In this document: piece by piece, positions 48,794-58,152 of the stretch
Numbering within the stretch: the stretch's first letter is position 1
Layout of the letters: each line of letters starts with the position of its first letter
Source of the DNA: Mageeibacillus sp. UBA3781
GTDB taxonomy: Bacteria > Bacillota > Clostridia > Saccharofermentanales > Saccharofermentanaceae
Assembly (NCBI GenBank): GCA_002368805.1
Contig: DFFH01000130.1
Span: 10,863-74,862, forward strand
Direction: 5' to 3'
Length of the DNA stretch: 64,000 nucleotides
Translations under genes and position numbers: made by a program
The notes under the pieces: generated by a model
What the model was told of the DNA's origin: nothing
Database searches by the model: none
The model's input: the letters and a program-made list of their open reading frames with translations, nothing else

Positions 48794-50611
48794 TTATTTT
48801 TCCACCTTGTCCCCTTCTTTTACAGTCTGGGGATTCGTTATAACGATCGTACTGATACTCGGGATGTCTGTATTCTCAAGCGGCGCTATGATAGCATATT
48901 CACGGTCATAATCACGGATCTGGACTGTATAGCCTCTCGCGTATCCACTCTCATTTACGAAGATTGTAGCGATTCCTCTGTCATAATCCGCGTTAGCAAG
49001 CGAAGATACCGGGACGCGGATACCCGTTGTCTTCGTCTGAACGATCTCAATATTCACAGTGCGGCGGTCCAAAAGACGCTCCACCTGGTTGGAAGTCTCG
49101 AAAACGACAAGGATTCCGTCACGCGTAACAGAACAGCGGATCACCTTACAATCGGAGATCGAGATACCTTCCGCCGGGATACGGATCACATGATTCGAAC
49201 CAAGCTGGAATTCCTCCATCGGAGCATTCTTAAGAAGACATGCGAAATACTGGACATCGTTCTGGACAATACGAAGAACAGGCTCATTCTGCTTGATCTT
49301 CAGGTCACCGGTAATGATACTGCTGGAATTGGAGATGAGTTCTTCACACTTGGAGTCCACCATGTCCATCAGGAGCTGCTTCGTGATCGTATTCTCCTGA
49401 CCGTCAAGCTTATAAGAGATGATACCCGGCATTTCCGCATAGATAGAATTCGCACGGTTTTCCAGCTGCGTCTGAAGTGCCGTCTCACTGGTGCGCAGAG
49501 CGGTCAGCTGCTCATCATCAAAATCGATCGTCTTGAGATTGACGTCTCTTTTTTCCATAAGGACTCGGATCGAGGATGAATAGCTGGTCATATTATTCAG
49601 CTTATTAAGGATCGCATCCTGACGGATCATGGTAATGATCGGGCGGATCTCATCATTTGCCTGACTGAATACAGCCTTTGCCGCGACACCTTTTCCCTGA
49701 TTCATAAGCTGGCGCTCGAGATCGACGATCTGCTGCTCGACATTATGGAGCTCTGCCATCGTCGTTTCCATACCTTCCGGAATGACCATCGCAAGGTGCT
49801 GGCTCTTGGCGACACGGCTTCCTTCCGTTGCCTGAGCCATCAGGTCTCCTGTATGTGTGGAAGTCATAACGGTCTCATTTCTCACCACCAGTGCGGTAGC
49901 ACCTATGGTATGTTCGATAGATCCTTCGGCTGCAAAAGCATATGCGGGTTTTGCCGCCACATAATCTACGATATAAAGTACAGCAATGACCATCATGCCG
50001 ATCAGGATCAGGATACATAAAAATGCGTTAAAAGCCGCGCGAAGTCCGTCTCTCTTACGCATCTTCGCCATATGTTTTCTTCTCTCTTCCGCGGACTCGG
50101 GACGAGTCTCCTCGAGAACATCCGGAACAGCAGCTTCTTTCTTAGCGGCTTCTTCCTCCGCCTTCTGCTTCTGTTTCTGGATAAGTCTGTTCTTTCTGTG
50201 AACCTTTCGGACCTGCCACCAGGACAGTTTCTTCGGAGGTGTTTTTACCTGTTCTTTCTCAACAGCTGCACTCAGTTCAGGTTCATCACCGAAGAGAGGT
50301 CTGCTGAACTTCGGATCCATTAGATCCGAAGGACGTCCGGAAACAGCAGAATTATTCGGGTTTACTCCTGGTCTTTGGCCGGAAGAGCGCGATACAGCAC
50401 CGGAACGGTCGGTATTCTTACGGACCGGTCTTTGCTGGTTCTGTCTTCTGGGATCGGGTTTATTGTCTGCGTTAGGTCTCTGCTTCATGCGGGAGGCACC
50501 GGAAACACGCCCCGACTCCGGCCGGTGTATCGGCTGATTCGCGGGACGTTTCCCCTGAAGCTTTCCATTATTCGGGCGTTTGCCGTTATTCGGGCGTTTT
50601 CCTATCGCCAT
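48794..50611 (-). CDS. Membrane-fusion (HlyD-like) protein with long basic disordered N-terminus
   Basis: One TM helix, EGSRVAK and PGIISYKLDG lipoyl-like halves around a coiled coil, and VPVSSL. Usual clostridial position upstream of yggS. Confidence 0.75.
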   Translation of the reverse strand: MAIGKRPNNGKRPNNGKLQGKRPANQPIHRPESGRVSGASRMKQRPNADNKPDPRRQNQQRPVRKNTDRSGAVSRSSGQRPGVNPNNSAVSGRPSDLMDPKFSRPLFGDEPELSAAVEKEQVKTPPKKLSWWQVRKVHRKNRLIQKQKQKAEEEAAKKEAAVPDVLEETRPESAEERRKHMAKMRKRDGLRAAFNAFLCILILIGMMVIAVLYIVDYVAAKPAYAFAAEGSIEHTIGATALVVRNETVMTSTHTGDLMAQATEGSRVAKSQHLAMVIPEGMETTMAELHNVEQQIVDLERQLMNQGKGVAAKAVFSQANDEIRPIITMIRQDAILNKLNNMTSYSSSIRVLMEKRDVNLKTIDFDDEQLTALRTSETALQTQLENRANSIYAEMPGIISYKLDGQENTITKQLLMDMVDSKCEELISNSSSIITGDLKIKQNEPVLRIVQNDVQYFACLLKNAPMEEFQLGSNHVIRIPAEGISISDCKVIRCSVTRDGILVVFETSNQVERLLDRRTVNIEIVQTKTTGIRVPVSSLANADYDRGIATIFVNESGYARGYTVQIRDYDREYAIIAPLENTDIPSISTIVITNPQTVKEGDKVEK

Positions 50612-50614
50612 AGA

Positions 50615-51895
50615 TCAAGTCTTCTCCAACATTCCTGAAACGGCCTGCATGACCGCCAGTTTCACCTGTTCAAATACAAGACCGCCCTGCATATATACGA
50701 GGTAAGGCGGTTTTACCGGACCATCGGCCGAGAACTCGATCGATGCTCCCTGTACAAAAGCACCTGCCGCCATGACCACCTGCGCATCATAACCGGGCAT
50801 ATCCCACGGTTCCGGAGATACGAAGGAATCTACCGGCGAACAGCTCTGTACATTCTTACAAAAGTTTACCATTTGTTTCTCATCCGGGAAAGCCACACTT
50901 TGCACAATATCTCCCCGCGGATCATCAAAACGCGGTTCGCATCTGCATCCTGCCATCTCGAGCATCTTTGCAGCAAATACCGCGCCCTTCATCGCTTCAG
51001 AAACGACATGCGGTGCCAGGAAAAGACCCTGTGCGATCTGACGGTTAAATCCGAGGCTCGGTCCGACATGAGATCCGAGGCCGGGTGCCGTGACGCGTTC
51101 CGCAACGCGCTCGACAAGTTCTTTTTTACCTGCAACATATGCACCGGAAGGACAGATTCCGCCTCCGGCGTTCTTGATGAGAGAACCTGCACAAAGATCG
51201 GCGCCGAGTGCACAGGGTTCCTGTGTCTCTACAAATTCACCATAACAGTTATCCACGAAGACGATGATATCTTCTCTTATACCTTTGACCAGATCGACGA
51301 CCGCCTTGATATCTTCCGCACGAAGGCATCTTCTGGACGTATATCCCTTTGACTTCTGAAGGAAAACGACCTTGGTCTCAGGCTTGATGGCCGCGCGGAT
51401 CGCGTCAAGATCAGGAGATCCGTCATCTTTCAGCTGAACCTCGTTATATTTCATGCCGTAATCCAGAAGAGATCCGGTAAACGTATCGTCTTTCTTCTCG
51501 ACTCCCAGTGCGGAAGCAAGCGTATCATACGGTCTTCCACTGGCCGCGAGCATCTCCTCGCCTGGTTTCAGGATACCGAACAGGCATGCGACAAGGATCT
51601 GCGTACCGCAGGTGACCTGGATACGCACATAGGCAGCCTCCGCTCCGAAAAGCTCGGCATACATCTCCTCGATCTTCTCTCTGCCCATATCATCGTAACC
51701 GTAACCGGTCGTGGCACCTAGGTGAGCTTCTGCAAAACGTGCATTGCGGAATGCCTGCAGCACGCGAAGCTGGTTATACTCCTTGATTCTATCGATTCTT
51801 TCAAATACAGAAGAAACGGTGGTCATCGCTTCTTTCGCCATGTCAACCACCGTATCACTGATTCCATACATTGATTTGAATGGATCCTGATTCAT
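50615..51895 (-). CDS. Methionine gamma-lyase family / YnbB PLP enzyme
   Basis: TTGYGYDD, GRPYDTL, DNCYGEF, GSLIKN and PWDMPGY motifs. Confidence 0.92.
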   Translation of the reverse strand: MNQDPFKSMYGISDTVVDMAKEAMTTVSSVFERIDRIKEYNQLRVLQAFRNARFAEAHLGATTGYGYDDMGREKIEEMYAELFGAEAAYVRIQVTCGTQILVACLFGILKPGEEMLAASGRPYDTLASALGVEKKDDTFTGSLLDYGMKYNEVQLKDDGSPDLDAIRAAIKPETKVVFLQKSKGYTSRRCLRAEDIKAVVDLVKGIREDIIVFVDNCYGEFVETQEPCALGADLCAGSLIKNAGGGICPSGAYVAGKKELVERVAERVTAPGLGSHVGPSLGFNRQIAQGLFLAPHVVSEAMKGAVFAAKMLEMAGCRCEPRFDDPRGDIVQSVAFPDEKQMVNFCKNVQSCSPVDSFVSPEPWDMPGYDAQVVMAAGAFVQGASIEFSADGPVKPPYLVYMQGGLVFEQVKLAVMQAVSGMLEKT

Positions 51896-52326
51896 TAGAT
51901 TCCGTAAACCTCCTCAGGGCTTAAGATCCTGATTCCTGCTTCTTCAAATTTCCTGATCACCGGATCGAAATTCTGGACCCGGATCACCATAACAGCTTCA
52001 TCGGATTTACGGCCGACGAATCCGTAGATGTACTCCATCGACTCTCCTGTCGTAGAGAATGTGGAAAGTGCCGCATCCAGCGTTCCGGCCTTATCCGGGA
52101 TCGCGATTGCCAGTACCGGAGTCATGCTCACGGTAAATCCGGATTCCGTCAGGATCATGACGGCCTCTTCCGGTTTGTCGAGGATCATGCGGAGAATACC
52201 ATAGTCCGTGGAATCCGCTACAAACAGAGCACGGATATCAATATCTGCCTTACCTAGAACCTTTGTCACCTCGGCGAGTCGGCCGAAGGAATTCTCGAGA
52301 AAAACATTGATCTGCTTTACTAACAT
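51895..52326 (-). CDS. Tandem ACT-domain protein
   Basis: KQINVFLEN..GRL, ADSTDYGILR and EYIYGF motifs. AGGAGG RBS. Confidence 0.9.
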   Translation of the reverse strand: MLVKQINVFLENSFGRLAEVTKVLGKADIDIRALFVADSTDYGILRMILDKPEEAVMILTESGFTVSMTPVLAIAIPDKAGTLDAALSTFSTTGESMEYIYGFVGRKSDEAVMVIRVQNFDPVIRKFEEAGIRILSPEEVYGI

Positions 52327-52378
52327 ACGAGAGTCCTCCTTCTCATTTATAAAACCATTATATCTTAAAAAAGCACTT

Positions 52379-52975
52379 TTAAGAAACGAAATCTCTTCCT
52401 TTATTAAATGCTTCCACATTCATCGGGATCAGCTTCGCCTTAGAAGCAAATGCTTCGTTGATGGCCTCGATCCACAGGTCCTTCGGGAAATCCATACCTG
52501 CGGAAAGTGCACCGACCATAACCATGTTTACGGCTTTGCTGCTGCCGCAGGAAAGAGCGGCGGACAGTGCATCAAACTCGACGACCTTCGCATTTCCGGA
52601 TGCCGCGGTATCAAGAGAATCCTTGATGTTCTCCGGATACTCGGCATTACCGAGGAGTACCGGAAGAGATTTGATCTTCTGAGAGTTCACGAGAAGAACG
52701 CCGTCTTTTTTGAGAAGGTTTGCCCAGCGGACTGCTTCCACTTCTTCAAAAGACAGAACATAGTCCGCCATACCTTCTTCAATGATCGGTGAATATACCT
52801 TCTCACCCATTCTTACATATGTGATAACGGAACCGCCGCGCTGGCTCATGCCGTGTACTTCCGACACTTTGATATCCAGGCCCTGCTTCATGGCAAGAAT
52901 GCCGAGAAGCTTACCGGCGATCAAGGTTCCCTGTCCGCCGACACCGGCGAGTACGATTGAAATATCCTTTGCCAT
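52379..52975 (-). CDS. iorB: Indolepyruvate:ferredoxin oxidoreductase beta subunit
   Basis: GVGGQG and SEVHGMSQRGGSV motifs. Confidence 0.93.
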   Translation of the reverse strand: MAKDISIVLAGVGGQGTLIAGKLLGILAMKQGLDIKVSEVHGMSQRGGSVITYVRMGEKVYSPIIEEGMADYVLSFEEVEAVRWANLLKKDGVLLVNSQKIKSLPVLLGNAEYPENIKDSLDTAASGNAKVVEFDALSAALSCGSSKAVNMVMVGALSAGMDFPKDLWIEAINEAFASKAKLIPMNVEAFNKGRDFVS

Positions 52976-52976
52976 A

Positions 52977-54746
52977 TTACGCCTCCTCCTTCTTGGAAAG
53001 TGCATCGAACTTGCACATATTGATGCACAGACCGCAGGCGTTACAAGCCTCCGGATCGATGACCGGCTTCTTATCCGGACCGGCTACCAGCGCCGGGCAC
53101 ATGATACGGGAGCAGGCTCCGCACTTCTTACAATTCTCATCATTCAGAACGATAGAGACACCCTTCGGCTTCTTGCCGGTCGGGATCAGTGCACACGGAC
53201 GGCGAACGATAATAACGGAAACACAGTCCTTGGCGATCTCTTCTTTTACGATCTTCTCTACTTCAAAAGTATCAACAGGATCGACGGTTCTTACGGATGT
53301 AACTCCGACGCTTCTGCAGAGAGTCTCCAGATCGATGGCCGGAGCCGGCTGCAGACGGATATTCTTACCGGAAGCAGGATTCTGCTGATGTCCTGTCATA
53401 CCCGTAATGGAGTTATCGAGGATCATAACGGTGATTGCACTCTGGTTATATACGGCATTGATGAGGTTCGTGATACCGGAGTGCAGAAATGTGGAGTCAC
53501 CGATAACCGCAACTGTCTTCTTGCTGTCTTCTCCGTCACTGGCCTTGTCAAAACCGTGTGCCATACCGACAGAAGCACCCATGCAGACGGAAACGTCCAT
53601 CGCAGCTGTCGGCGGAAGTGTACCGAGCGTATAGCATCCGATATCACCCATGACTTGAACCTTCGCACGGTTCAGTGCGAGGAACATACCCTTATGCGGG
53701 CATCCAGCGCACAGAAGCGGCGGACGGCCCGGAGCCTTCGGGAGCTTGTCGAGGTCAAGTGCTTTTTCCGGAAGAGCTTCCGAAGAAAGCGCAGCGCGGA
53801 TCATACGGGCGCTGTATTCGCCCTGCAGTGTGAAAAGGTCTTTACCTTCACAGGCGATACCTGCCGCCTTGATCTCTGTCTCCATGAAAGGATCGAGTTC
53901 TTCCACGATGACCAGACGATCTACTTTCGAAGCGAAATCGCGGATCAGATCCATCGGCAGCGGCCATACACAGCCGAGTTTCAAAACAGATGCAGACGGA
54001 ACCGCTTCTTTTACATACTGGTAAGAAGCGCCTGCCGTAATGATTCCGAGCTTGGTGTCGTTCATCTCGAGCTTATGGATACCCATGCCGAGGAATTCCT
54101 CATTGGAAGCCTTTGCAATATCGAGTGTTCTCTGTTCAACAACGACATGACGCTTGATGGCCATCGCCGGCATCATAACGTACTTATTTACATTTTTCTC
54201 ATACGGCTTGACAACGATGTCTTCCGGATCAGACAGTTCAACAATAGAACGGGAGTGAGATACACGGGTGTGCATACGCAGGATCACCGGAGTATCAAAG
54301 CGCTCGGACAGTTCGAAAGCCTTCTTTGCGAAATCTTTGCACTCCTGGCTGTCAGACGGCTCGAGGATCATGAGCTTTGCGGCACGGCCATAGTTACGGC
54401 TGTCCTGCTCATCCTGAGAGCTGTGCATGCCCGGGTCATCCGCAACAACGAATACCAGACCGCCGTTAACTCCCTCATAAGCGGCTGTAAACATCGGGTC
54501 TGCGGCAACATTCATACCAACATGCTTCATACATGTCATCGCGCGTGCGCCACGGATACTTGCACCGATCGCAACCTCGGATGCGACTTTTTCATTCGTC
54601 GCCCACTCGCAGTAGATGCGGTCATAGGTGGCGATCGCCTCTGTGATCTCTGTGCTCGGGGTGCCGGGATAGGAGGAAACCACTTTCACTCCAGCCTCAT
54701 AAGCGCCACGTGCAACAGCTTCATTACCTAACATGATCTGTTTCAC
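52977..54746 (-). CDS. iorA: Indolepyruvate:ferredoxin oxidoreductase alpha subunit
   Basis: GNEAVARG, YPGTPSTE, CAGCPH, GDSTFLH and two C-terminal CxxCxxC ferredoxin motifs. The start is a GTG at 54746 or 54761. Confidence 0.95.
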   Translation of the reverse strand: MKQIMLGNEAVARGAYEAGVKVVSSYPGTPSTEITEAIATYDRIYCEWATNEKVASEVAIGASIRGARAMTCMKHVGMNVAADPMFTAAYEGVNGGLVFVVADDPGMHSSQDEQDSRNYGRAAKLMILEPSDSQECKDFAKKAFELSERFDTPVILRMHTRVSHSRSIVELSDPEDIVVKPYEKNVNKYVMMPAMAIKRHVVVEQRTLDIAKASNEEFLGMGIHKLEMNDTKLGIITAGASYQYVKEAVPSASVLKLGCVWPLPMDLIRDFASKVDRLVIVEELDPFMETEIKAAGIACEGKDLFTLQGEYSARMIRAALSSEALPEKALDLDKLPKAPGRPPLLCAGCPHKGMFLALNRAKVQVMGDIGCYTLGTLPPTAAMDVSVCMGASVGMAHGFDKASDGEDSKKTVAVIGDSTFLHSGITNLINAVYNQSAITVMILDNSITGMTGHQQNPASGKNIRLQPAPAIDLETLCRSVGVTSVRTVDPVDTFEVEKIVKEEIAKDCVSVIIVRRPCALIPTGKKPKGVSIVLNDENCKKCGACSRIMCPALVAGPDKKPVIDPEACNACGLCINMCKFDALSKKEEA

Positions 54747-54818
54747 TTCTTCGTACCTCACTTATATTCAGTTAGTGTTCACTAGAATTAGCACCCGTCT
54801 ATTGTATCATGTTTTGAC

Positions 54819-56429
54819 TTACTTGACGTCATCAATTCTTGCCGGAATGTCTTTCGGCATGTCCTTGAATGCGGTATCGATCACCTTTTTATCAAGTTTC
54901 GGCGAGATCCAGGATACGACCGGAACGATGACAAGTCCGAATAACATGGCAAAAGCACCCGCATTGATCGGTGACGCCAGGTTGATCGGAAGGCCTGTAG
55001 GGAACTTAAAGCTATGTCCGAACAGCGGTCCGTTGCTGAGGATCAGGTGGGAGACGGTAATACCGACACCGCTGATGAAGGAAGCCCAGACAGCTGCCTT
55101 GGTAACGCCCTTCCAGAAAAGACCATAGAAGAACGGTGCCAGGAAAGAACCGGCCATCGCACCCCAGGAGATGGACATCAGCTTTGTGATGTACATATCG
55201 TTACTTCTGTATGAGTAGATCGCCAGTGCCATAGAAACCAGAACGAAGAATGCAAGGAGCAGACGGATGATGCTGACCTTCTTCTTCTCTGTCATGTCTT
55301 TGATTACGTTATCTGCCAGTACATCAAGAGTGATCGTGGAACTCGAGGTCAGCACCAGAGATGTCAATGTGGACATGGAAGCGGACAGGACAAGAACGAC
55401 GAGGATCGCGACAAGGATCGTCGGGATCGCCTTATCCAGAATGAGCGGCATGATCTTATCCATATTGAGTCCGCCGGAAGCTGTCTTGATATCGTCTGCG
55501 CCTACGAAAATACGGGAGAAACCACCCATGAAATAGGAACCGCCGGCGATAATAACTGCGAAGATCGTGGAGATGATCGTTGCTGTATGTACGGACTTAT
55601 CATCCTTGATAGAGTAGAACTTCTGCACCATCTGCGGAAGACCCCAGGTACCAAGAGAAGTAAGGATAACAACACCTAAGAGGTTCAGCGGCTCCGGTCC
55701 GAAGAGCGAGGAATAAACGCCCTGGAAGGAAGAACCGTTCGCAGCAGGAACCTTGGACAGTTCCGTCATGGAGGACATCAGACCGCCATGATAATTCAAA
55801 ACGCATACGATCGTCATCACGATACCGACGATCATGATCATACCCTGAATAAAGTCGTTGATCGCTGTGGACATGTATCCGCCGAGGATAACGTATGTGG
55901 CGGCAAGAACGCTCATAACGATAATGCAGATCTCGTATCCGTTAGAGATACGGTCCAGACGCAGAGCAGATGTGAAAAGATAGGAAAGGCCGTTAAAAAC
56001 CGACGCGGAGTAAGGGATCATGAAGATAAAGATGATCAGCGCCGATGCGATACGCAGAGCCTTGGAATTATAACGTTTACCGAAGAAATCCGGCATAGTA
56101 TTCGTATTTAATGTCTTGGTCATGATACGGCATCTCTTACCAAGCACTACCCATGCTGCCAGAGAACCGATGAAAGCATTGCCCAGACCGATCCACAGTG
56201 CCGAAACTCCGAAGTCCCATCCGAACTTACCTGCATAACCGATAAAGATAACTGCGGAGAAATACGTGGCACCAAATGAGAAAGCAGTAAGCCACGGGCC
56301 TACTCTTCTGCCACCAAGTACAAAAGAAGAAACATCTTTGGTGTTTTTTCTTGAGTACAGACCTACACCGATAATCATTGCGAAGAACACGACAATAACT
56401 ATCCCGTACAAGAGATCAAGAGAATCCAT
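54819..56429 (-). CDS. Sodium:solute symporter (SSS) family transporter
   Basis: About 13 TM helices with GGR..GPW, FFGKRY, GLPQ and SASMST motifs. Confidence 0.93.
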   Translation of the reverse strand: MDSLDLLYGIVIVVFFAMIIGVGLYSRKNTKDVSSFVLGGRRVGPWLTAFSFGATYFSAVIFIGYAGKFGWDFGVSALWIGLGNAFIGSLAAWVVLGKRCRIMTKTLNTNTMPDFFGKRYNSKALRIASALIIFIFMIPYSASVFNGLSYLFTSALRLDRISNGYEICIIVMSVLAATYVILGGYMSTAINDFIQGMIMIVGIVMTIVCVLNYHGGLMSSMTELSKVPAANGSSFQGVYSSLFGPEPLNLLGVVILTSLGTWGLPQMVQKFYSIKDDKSVHTATIISTIFAVIIAGGSYFMGGFSRIFVGADDIKTASGGLNMDKIMPLILDKAIPTILVAILVVLVLSASMSTLTSLVLTSSSTITLDVLADNVIKDMTEKKKVSIIRLLLAFFVLVSMALAIYSYRSNDMYITKLMSISWGAMAGSFLAPFFYGLFWKGVTKAAVWASFISGVGITVSHLILSNGPLFGHSFKFPTGLPINLASPINAGAFAMLFGLVIVPVVSWISPKLDKKVIDTAFKDMPKDIPARIDDVK

Positions 56430-56545
56430 ATTCTACCATCCTTCCGCTGCCGATGTGAGATGACAGCCCTACAATTTATTTTCCCCCTGGAAAGAGGCAT
56501 AAAAACTACATTCCCATGATAACAGAGAAAAATAAAGATGCAAGG

Positions 56546-56690
56546 GGTTTCCCGCTTTTCCATATAGAATTCTATAAATAAGCAGTAAGGGTATATCCCT
56601 CCAGGCTCAAACAGTTTGCTTACGCAAAACTCGCCTCTCAAGATATCCCTTACCGCTTATTCTTATCTAAGTTAATGAAAAGCGGGAACC
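56546..56690 (-). other. ~145-nt nested inverted-repeat element (structured RNA or MITE-like)
   Basis: Outer arms 56546-56560/56677-56690 and inner arms 56577-56597/56642-56661. Apical TTTGC-GTAA-GCAAA hairpin on the minus strand. Confidence 0.6.
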
Positions 56691-57472
56691 TACTGTATTG
56701 CTATTGTCTCCCCGCAGGAGATCTCATGCATCTTCTCCCCGATTTCATCTTTTAAATAGAGGAACTGTTCCTTGCCGGTACAGTGACAGGTGTAATACTC
56801 CGCATAGGAATCGCGGACCGCTTTTACCGTGTCATCAAGTATTTCCTCGTCCCACAGAGGATCAAGCTTCATCAGATGGAGCCCGCCGAAGAACGTCTGG
56901 AACCGGAACGCATGTACCAGATTGATGATCCCTTTATGCGCACATCCGCTGATAAGATGATCCTTATACCCTTCATGGATCAGAAGATACATCTCGTGCT
57001 CATACTTTTCGTTCTCCATATACGGGCCGATCTTGACCTTCTGTCCATTCGTATGAACTGGTGTCTTCAGACGGTTCATGCAGACAAACGAAAGTTCTTC
57101 ATCGATCTTAATATCTTCCTTCACCTTTACATAACGAGGATGCCCGTCGATCGTCGGATCCAGTCCGATAAACTCATTTCTTCCGTTATAATGCGGTTCA
57201 AATGCCGCTTCATGCATATATACATTTGCTATACCATTTCTTTCCAGAAACGGAAGAAGGCCTCCGCCGTGGTCATAGTGTCCGTGCGAAAGAAATGCAA
57301 TGTCCGCCAGACCGATATCGATCCCGAGTTTTTCCGCATTCCGAATAAAGAGATCACTTGCTCCGAAATCAAAAAGGATCCGGTGCTTTTGCGTCTCGAT
57401 ATAAAGACTCAGGCCGTGCTCGGTCAAAAGTCCGCTTTTACTCGTATTATCCGAAAGAACTGTAACTTTCAT
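56690..57472 (-). CDS. MBL-fold metallo-hydrolase
   Basis: EHGLS, SHGHYDHGGG, GCAH, GGLH and CHCTG motifs. Confidence 0.92.
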   Translation of the reverse strand: MKVTVLSDNTSKSGLLTEHGLSLYIETQKHRILFDFGASDLFIRNAEKLGIDIGLADIAFLSHGHYDHGGGLLPFLERNGIANVYMHEAAFEPHYNGRNEFIGLDPTIDGHPRYVKVKEDIKIDEELSFVCMNRLKTPVHTNGQKVKIGPYMENEKYEHEMYLLIHEGYKDHLISGCAHKGIINLVHAFRFQTFFGGLHLMKLDPLWDEEILDDTVKAVRDSYAEYYTCHCTGKEQFLYLKDEIGEKMHEISCGETIAIQ

Positions 57473-57476
57473 ACAC

Positions 57477-58130
57477 TCAGCTCAGGAGCGAATCGATCTC
57501 TGCAGTGATAGAGTCGATCCTCTCACTATGCTCCTGTTGTTTGCTTTCATACTCTTTACTTTTTTTAGTATATGTATCCACCTGCTGGAAAATCTCATAG
57601 AACAGATCCTGGAAAACTTCATCTCCGTTTTCCAGAATATACTCACCATCATCTTCATCGAATTCCAGCGTTATATCAATGGATGTATAGTCTTTCTCCT
57701 TGATTTTGCCGATGACTTCCTTCATAGCCTCCATCGCTTCATCTTCATCTTCGAATTCATCCATTTTATGTTCTTTAGTTAAATATTTGACTACAGTATT
57801 GTACTCGATAACATCTACCGTAGCTTCACAAGTTGTTTTTCCCTTTTTCGTCTTAACACCGTCGGAATCAACAGTTATTATCGCTTTACTCCATAGCAAT
57901 TCGTTCATCTCATCCTTGGAGATCTGTTTAACGATATTGATATATTGTTTACTGTACGCATCCCGTTCTTTCATGCCCTTATAGTCTAAGGATGTGAGTT
58001 CTTCCAGCACAGCCTCTGCTTCTTTAACTACCTTCTTATTATCCGAACCGGATTTGCAACCGGCCAGTGACAGCACCAGAACACCGGAAAGAATAGCACT
58101 GACTAATTTGACTATATTTTTCATAAACAC
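57477..58130 (-). CDS. Lipoprotein of unknown function
   Basis: Lipobox LAGC. Similar to the N-terminal domain of the upstream gene. Confidence 0.8.
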   Translation of the reverse strand: MFMKNIVKLVSAILSGVLVLSLAGCKSGSDNKKVVKEAEAVLEELTSLDYKGMKERDAYSKQYINIVKQISKDEMNELLWSKAIITVDSDGVKTKKGKTTCEATVDVIEYNTVVKYLTKEHKMDEFEDEDEAMEAMKEVIGKIKEKDYTSIDITLEFDEDDGEYILENGDEVFQDLFYEIFQQVDTYTKKSKEYESKQQEHSERIDSITAEIDSLLS

Positions 58131-58152
58131 TCTCCTTTACTAAAACAATGTC

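Noticed and set aside
52782..54731. Long antisense ORFs (649 aa opposite iorA; also 45486-46913, 13735-15228, 27602-29089)
   Set aside because: They lie opposite well-conserved genes, as expected from codon bias, and show no RBS or domain signal.
56399..56641. 80-aa ORF upstream of the symporter; possible riboswitch
   Set aside because: The ORF spans the hairpin element and promoter with no coding signal. The hairpin lies upstream of the predicted promoter, and I recognised no riboswitch consensus.
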